The notes under the pieces: generated by a model
The model's database searches: none
Told to the model about the DNA's origin: nothing
Seen by the model: only the letters and a program-made list of their open reading frames with translations
Assembly (NCBI GenBank): GCA_039810425.1
Contig: JBDHWW010000052.1
Coordinates: 1 to 20,108, forward strand
Origin: Pseudobdellovibrionaceae bacterium
GTDB taxonomy: Bacteria > Bdellovibrionota > Bdellovibrionia > Bdellovibrionales > Bdellovibrionaceae
Length of the DNA stretch: 20,108 bases
Direction: 5' to 3'
Part shown: piece after piece, positions 8,737-16,925 of the stretch
Layout: each line of letters starts with the position of its first letter
How positions within the stretch are numbered: the first letter of the stretch is position 1
Position numbers and translations under genes: made by a program

Positions 8737-10674
8737 ATGAATCATGCCATCCTGATGTCGATTTTGATCCTCAGTCCGTTTATCGGCTTTTTGATCAACG
8801 GCTTCCGTTATAAAAAACACAACTATATGGTCGCGGGCTCTATTGCAACCGCAGCGGTGTTCATCTCTTTTATCTCGTCAATACTTTTGGTTGCTGACGT
8901 CGTGAGCTCTCCGGAAGAGGGTCGCCGTATCGTTGTCACTTTCTTTGAGTGGATCACGGTCGGTAACCTCAAGATTGATGCAGCTTTCGTTGTCGACCAA
9001 ATCAGCTCGATCATGATCTTGATTATCACGGGCGTTGGTTCTTTGATCCACCTGTTCTCAATCAGTTACATGCACCACGATAAGGGCGTTGCCAAGTACT
9101 TCGCGTACTTGAATCTCTTCATCTTTAATATGCTGTTGCTTGTTCTCGGCAGCAACTTGCTTGTGATGTTCGTAGGCTGGGAGGGCGTAGGTCTTTGCTC
9201 TTATCTCTTGATCGGCTTCTGGTTCACGGACAAAGAAAAGGCAGCGGCTGGCATGAAAGCCTTCGTGACAAATCGCGTGGGTGATGCGGCTTTCCTGCTC
9301 GGCATGTTCATCCTGTTCCTGACTTTCGGGACATTGAACTTCCACGAGTTGAACGCACTTGCGCCAACAACTGCTGAGGCTTCTTGGCTTGGTGCCGTAA
9401 CCTTGGGGACTTTGTTTCTCTTCATTGGCGCAACGGGTAAGTCCGCACAAATTCCATTGTACGTATGGCTGCCGGATGCGATGGCTGGCCCAACGCCGGT
9501 CTCGGCGCTGATCCATGCGGCGACGATGGTGACCGCTGGTGTGTACATGATCGTGCGTCTGAATCCTTTGTTTGTAGTTGCTCCAAATACAATGGGCATC
9601 ATTGCAATCATCGGCGCTGCGACGGCGGTCATGGCGGCAACGATAGGTATGACCCAATGGGATATCAAAAAGGTTCTCGCTTACTCTACAGTTTCTCAGC
9701 TCGGCTATATGTTCTTGGCATGTGGCGTGGGGGCTTTTGGCGCGGCGATGTTTCATTTGATGACTCACGCCTTCTTTAAAGCGCTCATGTTCTTGGGATC
9801 TGGCTCTGTGATCCACGCAATGCATGAAGAGCAAGATATTCGCAAGATGGGCGGCTTGAAAAAGTACATGCCAATCACGCACTTCACGTTCTTACTTGGT
9901 TGGTTGGCAATTATCGGCATGCCGCCTTTTGCGGGCTTCTTCTCGAAAGATGAAATACTGTGGGAAGCATTTACGTCGCCTTATGGTCACCCGGCTCTGT
10001 GGGCGGCGGGCGCTTTGGGTGCGACTTTGACGGCGTTCTATATGACCCGCTTGATGGCTCTGACCTTCTGGGGCGGTAGTCGTGTTCCTAAAGACATTCA
10101 TCCGCATGAATCCGATGCGATGATGACCATCCCGTTGATCGTCCTTGGCGTTTTGTCCGTGATCGGTGGTTGGATTGGTATTCCACATGTCATCGGCGAA
10201 GTCTTCGGCGGAATTCCTAACGTTTGGGAGCACTGGTTGCATCCTTTGATCAAGGAAGTTCCGGCGGCGGCCGACGTTCACCATGATGTGAGCCTCGAGT
10301 GGACCTTCATGGCAATCTCGGTTGGCTTGGCAGCAGTTTCCGCGATTGTGGCTTTCCAAATGTACGTTCGCAAGCCAGGCAGCTCTGAAAAAGTGGCTCA
10401 AGGCTTGGGGCCGATCTACAAAGCCATCTACCACAAGTACTTCGTGGACGAAGCATACTTCGGTGTCATCATCAATCCGCTGGTTAAGTTCAGCCGCGTT
10501 CTTTGGTACTACGTGGATGTTAATTTTATTGATAAATGCACTTACTGGGTGAGCGATGTTGTGAAGGGCGGGGGTTCTCTCGTTCGCTCACTTCAAACGG
10601 GCAATATGCAGCAATACGCAATGTATATTGGTATTGGCTTGGTCTTTGTTCTCTCCATCCTTTTAATGAGGTAA
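8737..10674 (+). CDS. nuoL: NADH-quinone oxidoreductase subunit L
   Basis: GWEGVGLCSYLLIGFW, NRVGD, GKSAQIPLYVWLPDAMAGPTPVSALIHAATMV, DIKKVLAYSTVSQLG, THAFFKA, C-terminal QTGN.Q.Y. Confidence 0.98.
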   Translation: MNHAILMSILILSPFIGFLINGFRYKKHNYMVAGSIATAAVFISFISSILLVADVVSSPEEGRRIVVTFFEWITVGNLKIDAAFVVDQISSIMILIITGVGSLIHLFSISYMHHDKGVAKYFAYLNLFIFNMLLLVLGSNLLVMFVGWEGVGLCSYLLIGFWFTDKEKAAAGMKAFVTNRVGDAAFLLGMFILFLTFGTLNFHELNALAPTTAEASWLGAVTLGTLFLFIGATGKSAQIPLYVWLPDAMAGPTPVSALIHAATMVTAGVYMIVRLNPLFVVAPNTMGIIAIIGAATAVMAATIGMTQWDIKKVLAYSTVSQLGYMFLACGVGAFGAAMFHLMTHAFFKALMFLGSGSVIHAMHEEQDIRKMGGLKKYMPITHFTFLLGWLAIIGMPPFAGFFSKDEILWEAFTSPYGHPALWAAGALGATLTAFYMTRLMALTFWGGSRVPKDIHPHESDAMMTIPLIVLGVLSVIGGWIGIPHVIGEVFGGIPNVWEHWLHPLIKEVPAAADVHHDVSLEWTFMAISVGLAAVSAIVAFQMYVRKPGSSEKVAQGLGPIYKAIYHKYFVDEAYFGVIINPLVKFSRVLWYYVDVNFIDKCTYWVSDVVKGGGSLVRSLQTGNMQQYAMYIGIGLVFVLSILLMR

Positions 10675-10678
10675 TTTC

Positions 10679-12316
10679 ATGTTACTCAGCACGATTGTTT
10701 TTCTGCCTCTTTTATTTGCCCTTATTATCGCCCTCTGGCCGAAGGTGAACTCAATTCGTCCCTTGGCTTTCGGCTTTTCAGTTATCGAGTTTGTTTTGAG
10801 CCTTAGTATTCTGCAAAGGTTCGACGCCAGCTCTGCCGCTCTTCAACTCGTTGAAAAGCATGTTTGGATCGAGCGCTTTGGCATCTCTTACTTTATGGGT
10901 ATCGATGGCTTGTCTTTGTGGCTCGTGATTATGACGACATTCTTGATGCCGATCATTGTCCTTGCTAGCTGGACGTCGATTGATAAGCGTGTGAAGGGTT
11001 TCCACGTCAGTCTCTTCATCTTGCAAACAGCGATGTTGGGGACATTCTTGGCGATGGACGCGATCTTTTACTACGTATTCTGGGAGCTTTCTCTTGTACC
11101 AATGTACTTCATGGTTGGTATCTGGGGCGGTACAAGACGCATCTATGCCACGGTAAAGTTCTTCATCTTCACGTTCGCCGGTTCTGTTTTGATGCTCGTC
11201 GCGATGATCTATATGATGTACCTCACCCAAGAAGCTACCGGCCAAATGAGCGCGAGCCTGCTTGAGTTTTATAAGTTAAAGATCCCATTTGTTGGCGGTC
11301 AGTTCTTCAGCCTCCAAACGTTGCTTTTCTTCGCCTTTGCTTTGGCGTTTGCGATCAAAGTTCCGGTTTTTCCCCTTCACACCTGGTTGCCTGACGCCCA
11401 CGTCGAGGCGCCGACTCCAGGGTCTGTGATCTTGGCGGCTGTCATGTTGAAAATGGGTACTTACTCATTTCTTCGTTGGGTGATTCCTTTGTTCCCAGAC
11501 GCGTCCGAGTACTGGGCTTGGTTGTTCATGTTGATTGGTGTAATCGGGATCGTTTATGGGGCCTTGGTCGCGATGGTTCAGCCGGATATCAAGAAGCTGG
11601 TGGCATATTCATCCGTATCTCACATGGGCTATGTTTTGATTGGCATGTTTGCGTTCAACGCGTTTGGCTTGCAGGGTTCTATTTACCAAATGTTGAACCA
11701 TGGTATTTCTACCGGCGCTTTGTTCATATTGATTGGCATGATCTACGAAAGAACACACTCACGTGAGATTTCTAAGTACGGTGGCTTGGCAGGTGTGTTG
11801 CCAGTCTTCGCGACCTTCTTCTTTATTATTACGCTGTCTTCGATTGCGGTTCCAATGACAAACGGCTTTGTGGGTGAGTTTTTGATCTTGCTCGGTACTT
11901 TCAAAGCGATGCCCGCCTATGCCTACGTTGCGGTTCTCGGGGTCATTTTGGGGGCGGTTTACATGCTTTGGATGTTCAAGCGGGTGTTCTTCGGTCAGCA
12001 AGGTGAGTTGGTGAAAGATGACCATCATCCACTTCATGATTTAAATATGCGCGAAATCGCGGTGATGACCCCGCTTGTTATCATGGTTTTCTGGATGGGT
12101 CTTTTCCCGAATCAGTTTCTTGACTGGTCTAAAGCCAGTGTGGAGCACTTGATCCAAAATCGCTCCGGCTACAGCCTGACGATCTACGGCGCATCTCAAG
12201 CTGAGGCGGCCACACCAACGGCGGCTGAACCAGAGCCCGCGGCAGCGCCGCCGGATTCTAACCCGGACACCACAGAGCCAGCAACTCCAGCAGTACAAGA
12301 GGGAGCGACTAAATAA
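10679..12316 (+). CDS. nuoM: NADH-quinone oxidoreductase subunit M, with a Pro/Ala/Thr-rich C-terminal extension
   Basis: GIDGLS, FWE, KVPVFPLHTWLPDAHVEAPTPGSVILAAVMLKMG, DIKKLVAYSSVSHMG, GFVGEF. Confidence 0.98.
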   Translation: MLLSTIVFLPLLFALIIALWPKVNSIRPLAFGFSVIEFVLSLSILQRFDASSAALQLVEKHVWIERFGISYFMGIDGLSLWLVIMTTFLMPIIVLASWTSIDKRVKGFHVSLFILQTAMLGTFLAMDAIFYYVFWELSLVPMYFMVGIWGGTRRIYATVKFFIFTFAGSVLMLVAMIYMMYLTQEATGQMSASLLEFYKLKIPFVGGQFFSLQTLLFFAFALAFAIKVPVFPLHTWLPDAHVEAPTPGSVILAAVMLKMGTYSFLRWVIPLFPDASEYWAWLFMLIGVIGIVYGALVAMVQPDIKKLVAYSSVSHMGYVLIGMFAFNAFGLQGSIYQMLNHGISTGALFILIGMIYERTHSREISKYGGLAGVLPVFATFFFIITLSSIAVPMTNGFVGEFLILLGTFKAMPAYAYVAVLGVILGAVYMLWMFKRVFFGQQGELVKDDHHPLHDLNMREIAVMTPLVIMVFWMGLFPNQFLDWSKASVEHLIQNRSGYSLTIYGASQAEAATPTAAEPEPAAAPPDSNPDTTEPATPAVQEGATK

Positions 12317-13779
12317 TGAAAGCGAATATCTCTATTAATGACCTACTTCTTATTTCGCCGATCATCGCGCTCTTTTTGACGAGCTTGATTCCGATCACCC
12401 TTAAGGTGTTGAGAGGTAATCGCGAGCAGAATCCGCTGTCCACTTTGATTCAAGGCCTGATCGGCCTTGTAATTGCAGCGGTTCTTTTGGGTATCTTCGC
12501 AGGAGCAACGGGCGCAACGGCGTTCTCACACAGTCTGGTGTTTGACGGTATCACTCAATGGATGGGTATCATTGCGTTAGCAGCAGCGGCCGGCTCCTTG
12601 GTTTTGATGTACGAAAATCCTGCGACAAAAGGCAACCAGTTCTCGGAATTGGTTTTCTTAACCCTTAGCTCTGCTTTGGGTATGTTGATTTTGGTTTCTG
12701 CAGCGGATCTTTTGATGATCTTTATTGGTCTTGAGACAATGTCGTTGTCTTTGTACTTGATGATCGGCATGAGCCGCGAAGAAAAGCTCGCGAAAGAAGC
12801 GGCTTTGAAATACTTTGTATTGGGTGGTTTCGCCTCTGCGATCTTCCTCTACGGCGTGGCATTCATCTTCGGCTCTACGGGCAGCACAAACATCTTGGAC
12901 TTTTTGGAAACAGCAAGAAGCTTGGTGGCCACTAGCCGCTTGTTCTTGTTCGGCATCACATTCGTAATCGTGGGCTTTTGCTTTAAAGTATCGATTGCTC
13001 CGTTCCATGCTTGGACACCGGATGTCTATCAAGGCGCGCCCACGCCACTTTCTGGTTTTATGGCGACAGCAGTGAAGACAGTTTCCTTTGCGGCGTTCTT
13101 GCGAATAGTTGCAACGCGAAGCCTTGAGGGCTCGCAAAATCTTTTCGACGTTCTTCAGTGGTTGGCAGTGGTCACGATGATTGTTGGTAACGTAGCGGCG
13201 ATCTTGCAAAATAATTTGAAGCGCATGCTTGCGTACTCGAGTGTGGCGCATTCAGGTTACATCCTGGTGGGTATTATCACGGCGGGTGTGAGCGAGGTCG
13301 GCTCCTTCGGCGCCTCTGGCGTTATCTTCTACCTGATCAGTTACGCACTGATGACTTTGGGCTGCTTCGCGATTGTGAGCATGCTTGAAAACTCCGAAAA
13401 CTCAATTGTGAATGTCGATGATTTGGCTGGCTTGGCAAGCAGGCGTCCCTTATTGGCGCTTTGCTTTACCCTCTTCCTCTTGTCTTTGGCGGGGATTCCC
13501 CCAACGGTTGGCTTCTTCGGTAAATTCTATCTTTTCAATGCAGCTATCGGTGAAGGTCTCCTGTGGCTGACAATTTGGGGTGTGCTAAGCTCAGTGATCA
13601 GCGTTTACTATTATCTCCGCCCTGTGGTTGTTATGTATATGAAAGAGGGCGATGCGGAGATCGCTGGCCACTCTTTGAATGCAACAACGGTCACAGTTCT
13701 TGTTTCTGCAGTTTGTATCTTGTTGTTGGGTCTGGTTTCTGGACCGATCTTTACGGCGGTAGAGAAGAGTCTCATGTAA
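12316..13779 (+). CDS. nuoN: NADH-quinone oxidoreductase subunit N
   Basis: EAALKYFVLG, FKVSIAPFHAWTPDVYQGAPTP, KRMLAYSSVAHSGY, SLAGIPPTVGFFGK, YYYLR; TAATG coupling to nuoM. Confidence 0.98.
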   Translation: MKANISINDLLLISPIIALFLTSLIPITLKVLRGNREQNPLSTLIQGLIGLVIAAVLLGIFAGATGATAFSHSLVFDGITQWMGIIALAAAAGSLVLMYENPATKGNQFSELVFLTLSSALGMLILVSAADLLMIFIGLETMSLSLYLMIGMSREEKLAKEAALKYFVLGGFASAIFLYGVAFIFGSTGSTNILDFLETARSLVATSRLFLFGITFVIVGFCFKVSIAPFHAWTPDVYQGAPTPLSGFMATAVKTVSFAAFLRIVATRSLEGSQNLFDVLQWLAVVTMIVGNVAAILQNNLKRMLAYSSVAHSGYILVGIITAGVSEVGSFGASGVIFYLISYALMTLGCFAIVSMLENSENSIVNVDDLAGLASRRPLLALCFTLFLLSLAGIPPTVGFFGKFYLFNAAIGEGLLWLTIWGVLSSVISVYYYLRPVVVMYMKEGDAEIAGHSLNATTVTVLVSAVCILLLGLVSGPIFTAVEKSLM

Positions 13780-13816
13780 CGCCCGAACTCTAAATGGTTC
13801 ACGTCAGGCGAGACAA

Positions 13817-15016
13817 CTAGAGATCGTGATGTCTTAAGGTGTTATAGGCGGACTTAAACCCGACTCTAACGATACGGGCTAGTATTGCCGGGTTCAAACT
13901 GAAGTGGTCAACAAAGAACATCTCATAATTCTGTGGGCGAGGATGGATATATATATAGTCAACGCCCGGTTTGAACTTGCCGTTTTCACGCACCTTTTCT
14001 AATAGTTGTGTTCTTAGTCCATCTGGTAGTTTATGTTCTTTGAAAAACGTGTCGACTTCCGCATAGATCGTTCGCATATTGGATTGATACTCTATATGCT
14101 TCGCAATTTTTTGTTGGATCACCTGATACAGGGCCTGATTGATGATCACTGGAATCCCGTACTTATGAAGCGAGCCCATTTCTGGAGTGTAGTGATAAGG
14201 CTGAACTGAATAGGATGAAATTACCAAGTCGGCGCCGTGATCGGCGGCGACGTGGGTCGACAAAGTGTCGCGGATTTCGCCATCGAAATAGAAGATCTCT
14301 TTGCCATCAGGCCGAGTAATTCCGTATGGTGAGAACACCGGGGGAAGTGCAGCCGAACAGGCGACGGCCTCACTGATGGTGGAATATCCTATGTATGTCG
14401 TAGTTCCGTTTTTTGATGCTTCAGGAAAATTCCCGAAGATCGCTTTCCGGGTATGATTCAGCTGGGTGCCGATAACAAACAATTCCACACCCAAACGGGA
14501 GAAGTCGTTTTCGATCAGCACTTCTTTGCGTAGATATTTTTCTAGGCCCTTGGTCGTAAAGAGACCGTTGAGTTTAAAGCCATTTTTTACGAAGGTCTCA
14601 ATTCCGCCCGCAACTAAGGATTTGCGCAAAAAAGTGTCTGGTATGAGGTTCAAAATATTCATTCCATTCACGCTGAAAATATCACGGTAACTCATTGGTT
14701 TGAGATATTGAATGTCGTCCTTATTAAAGACAGGTTCATTTCCGGAGCCGACTTGAAAAGCATTGATCAAAGATTCAATCGGGTAGCCGGCGGCCAGGAC
14801 CGAGGCCACAAAAGCTCCGGCGCTGGAACCAACGTACATACGGATCGTGAGGGGCAGATCACCGGGATACTTTTGACGCACGATCTCTTTTTGGCCGCCA
14901 ACGGTGCTAAAACCAAGCTCTTTGAGGGCTAGAAGAACTCCTATATGAAAGGCAGCGGCCTTAATTCCCCCCCCACTCAAGACCAGAGCTATCTTCTTTT
15001 TCTCCCGAATACGCAT
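13817..15016 (-). CDS. Patatin-like phospholipase family protein
   Basis: ALVLSGGGIKAA oxyanion motif, GSSAG nucleophile elbow, SAALPPVFSP and catalytic Asp in FDGE. Confidence 0.9.
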   Translation of the reverse strand: MRIREKKKIALVLSGGGIKAAAFHIGVLLALKELGFSTVGGQKEIVRQKYPGDLPLTIRMYVGSSAGAFVASVLAAGYPIESLINAFQVGSGNEPVFNKDDIQYLKPMSYRDIFSVNGMNILNLIPDTFLRKSLVAGGIETFVKNGFKLNGLFTTKGLEKYLRKEVLIENDFSRLGVELFVIGTQLNHTRKAIFGNFPEASKNGTTTYIGYSTISEAVACSAALPPVFSPYGITRPDGKEIFYFDGEIRDTLSTHVAADHGADLVISSYSVQPYHYTPEMGSLHKYGIPVIINQALYQVIQQKIAKHIEYQSNMRTIYAEVDTFFKEHKLPDGLRTQLLEKVRENGKFKPGVDYIYIHPRPQNYEMFFVDHFSLNPAILARIVRVGFKSAYNTLRHHDL

Positions 15017-15123
15017 AAAAAAATTATTCCACTAATTATGAGATATTCAATGTAAAGATGATCGAAAACCCTTGATCAGCGCGGGAACAGCGGTTTGAAT
15101 AGGACCATGGTCTAGGGTGAGCA

Positions 15124-15170
15124 GTGTGAATACCCAGCCTCAGGTCGAGAAATTGGCTGAGTAATCACAC
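15124..15170. repeat. 16-bp imperfect inverted repeat (14/16) with a 15-nt spacer in a divergent promoter region
   Basis: GTGTGAATACCCAGCC (15124-15139) / GGCTGAGTAATCACAC (15155-15170). Confidence 0.75.
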
Positions 15171-15185
15171 AAAAGGCTGATAAAT

Positions 15186-15214
15186 TTGACAGTCGACCTT
15201 GGTGTGATAAAACT
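15186..15214 (+). promoter_or_regulatory. Probable sigma70-type promoter for the HTH gene
   Basis: Perfect TTGACA at 15186-15191, 16-bp spacer ending in TGn, then an imperfect -10 TAAAAC(T) at 15208-15214; about 40 bp upstream of the start codon. Confidence 0.55.
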
Positions 15215-15254
15215 GATTACGCAAGCTGGAGACAGCTGAATAGGCGGAGTGAAG

Positions 15255-15752
15255 ATGACTAGTATGCCTGCAATCGGAGAGAGATCTCCCAACACGAATG
15301 AGTCTTGGTTGGTCCTGATGGACTACTCAACTAAGTACAAAGTGAGTGTGAGCACGCTACGTCGCCGGATCAAAGCTGAAGATATTAAGTACAGGCTCGA
15401 AGATGGCAAATACCTTATTATCGACGAGCCGATGAGTACCCACCAGCGCGTACATCGCCCCTCCCTAGAAAGCGACCTCGCACAGGTGGGTGCTCATCAA
15501 GGAACCCAAACGGCTCCGAGTTCTGCGTCTTCTAAACCGGATATTTCAGATAAAATTGCTATGGCAAAAAACGACGAGCCGATCCTTACAGCCGCCAATA
15601 AGCTTCTGACAGAGCTCAAAAAAGCTTACACGCAAATCCTCCAGGAAAAAGAAGAACAGATGTTGATGCTCAAAGATGAGGTCGCAGATTTGAAAACCTT
15701 GGTGCGTGTTCTTGAAAGCGAAAACGAAAGGCTGAAGGGATTTAAACAATAG
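15255..15752 (+). CDS. Putative DNA-binding protein: N-terminal MerR/excisionase-like HTH, low-complexity linker, C-terminal coiled coil
   Basis: WLVLMDYSTKYKVSVSTLRRRIK...YRLEDGKYLI (winged-HTH-like) and heptads QILQEKEEQMLMLKDEVADLKTLVRVLESENERLK. GGAG lies 5 nt before ATG 15255; alternative GTG start at 15249. Confidence 0.7.
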   Translation: MTSMPAIGERSPNTNESWLVLMDYSTKYKVSVSTLRRRIKAEDIKYRLEDGKYLIIDEPMSTHQRVHRPSLESDLAQVGAHQGTQTAPSSASSKPDISDKIAMAKNDEPILTAANKLLTELKKAYTQILQEKEEQMLMLKDEVADLKTLVRVLESENERLKGFKQ

Positions 15753-15763
15753 GGGAAAGACCT

Positions 15764-16066
15764 ATGAAATTGATTATCGTTTGTGCCATTTTGCTTCTGG
15801 GGTTGTCCTCTCACGCTGAGACCTGCAAAAAAGGCGACCTTAAAGATTGCGGTAAGATTCTGAAATCTAAAGAAGGCACGGAAGAATTTAACGCAATCTA
15901 CGATGCAATTTGTGCTGAAAACAAAGCTTTTAAATGCTTGAAGCGCACGGTTCGCGGTGACGTGAAAGAGGAGCTTAAGTATATGAAGGAAGAGTTCCCG
16001 AAAGCTCAGCTCTTTCCGGGTAAAGAATCTGGCGAAGACAAAGTGTTCGTTCTAGATAAAAAGTAA
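15764..16066 (+). CDS. Small secreted Cys-containing hypothetical protein
   Basis: Signal peptide MKLIIVCAILLLGLSSHA, two C-x7-C motifs, SD-like GGGGA upstream. Confidence 0.75.
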   Translation: MKLIIVCAILLLGLSSHAETCKKGDLKDCGKILKSKEGTEEFNAIYDAICAENKAFKCLKRTVRGDVKEELKYMKEEFPKAQLFPGKESGEDKVFVLDKK

Positions 16067-16075
16067 GCCCCTCCC

Positions 16076-16804
16076 ATGTCGGCCAAAGTAAGACTCTTTT
16101 TTCTTGGGTCATTGGGACTTGTGGTTTTGGCCATATCTTGGCTGATATTCCGTGGATACCAGGCCAATCAAGAACCGACGCCGGAGGGCATCTCCGGTAC
16201 TGCGGCAGTCATATCGGTTCAACAATCAGATTTTGGAAAGTCGGCACCTCATGTAACAACGGCGACGAAAGTTGCAAAGTCGGTTGCAACGACCGCGGTT
16301 CCGACAACGAAAGCCATTGATGCTTCTCCAAAAAGGAAAGAAGAAGGCAAGGGCGCCTGGATTACGCCATCTGAAATTACTTATCTCGACGAATCACCTC
16401 AGCAAAAGTTGATGTTGGACTACTTAAAATTGGTGGGGGCCTTGAGGGCTCTACCTAAGGCGGAGCCCGTGTTTGTTGGCATGAACGATCAGGGTTTCGA
16501 TCAGTTTGAATACGATACTTTCGATGATGGTCATGTGGTTCAGTGGAAAAGAAGCGGCGACATTGCTGTAGAGCAGATCGAGTACCCTGGAGGTTACAAA
16601 GTAACTCGCCGTGCTCCGGAAAACGTCCGACCTTTTGCGGAGGTCTCTTATGAAAGCAAGACGAACGAAATTTTTCAAAGCGTGAACTACCGTAACAACG
16701 GAACCGTTGAGTCCATTCAAGATACCAAAGGCAAAACGACGACGATTTACTACTACGATGAGCAGGGCCGGCTCACGGATGTTTATCACTACAATGAGAA
16801 GTAG
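16076..16804 (+). CDS. Membrane-anchored hypothetical protein with a C-terminal YD/MORN-like beta-hairpin region
   Basis: N-terminal TM (LFFLGSLGLVVLAISWLIF), Thr/Ala-rich linker, C-terminal YRNNGTVES and IYYYDEQGRLT. Confidence 0.65.
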   Translation: MSAKVRLFFLGSLGLVVLAISWLIFRGYQANQEPTPEGISGTAAVISVQQSDFGKSAPHVTTATKVAKSVATTAVPTTKAIDASPKRKEEGKGAWITPSEITYLDESPQQKLMLDYLKLVGALRALPKAEPVFVGMNDQGFDQFEYDTFDDGHVVQWKRSGDIAVEQIEYPGGYKVTRRAPENVRPFAEVSYESKTNEIFQSVNYRNNGTVESIQDTKGKTTTIYYYDEQGRLTDVYHYNEK

Positions 16805-16887
16805 TTGGGCTGGTATAGTAAAAAGGACCTGAAAAATCCCAAATTGATCGACCTAAATCCGTATAATTCCAGTAGAAAAAGCAGTAA

Positions 16888-16916
16888 AAGACAATCTTAT
16901 CACGGTGTTGTATAAT
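16888..16916 (+). promoter_or_regulatory. Putative sigma70 promoter for the transposase-like gene
   Basis: AAGACA (16888-16893)-17 bp-TATAAT (16911-16916). A second TATAAT lies at 16862-16867. Confidence 0.5.
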
Positions 16917-16925
16917 AGCATTACA

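Noticed and set aside
9058..9882. 274-aa antisense ORF in nuoL, and similar ones in nuoH, nuoM and nuoN
   Set aside because: Long antisense frames are expected opposite biased, hydrophobic coding sequence. The products are His/Arg/Gln-rich with no domain signal.
13780..13816. Possible bidirectional terminator between nuoN and the patatin gene
   Set aside because: Only broken 4-bp stems (CGCC/GGCG, GAAC/GTTC) and no U-tract.
13947..13957. (AT)n microsatellite in the patatin gene
   Set aside because: Short, near the 3' end and explained by Tyr-Ile-Tyr-Ile codons.
16805..16925. Canonical IS1 left terminal inverted repeat
   Set aside because: No extended inverted partner found by eye near the transposase end or elsewhere in the window; only 6-8 bp matches.
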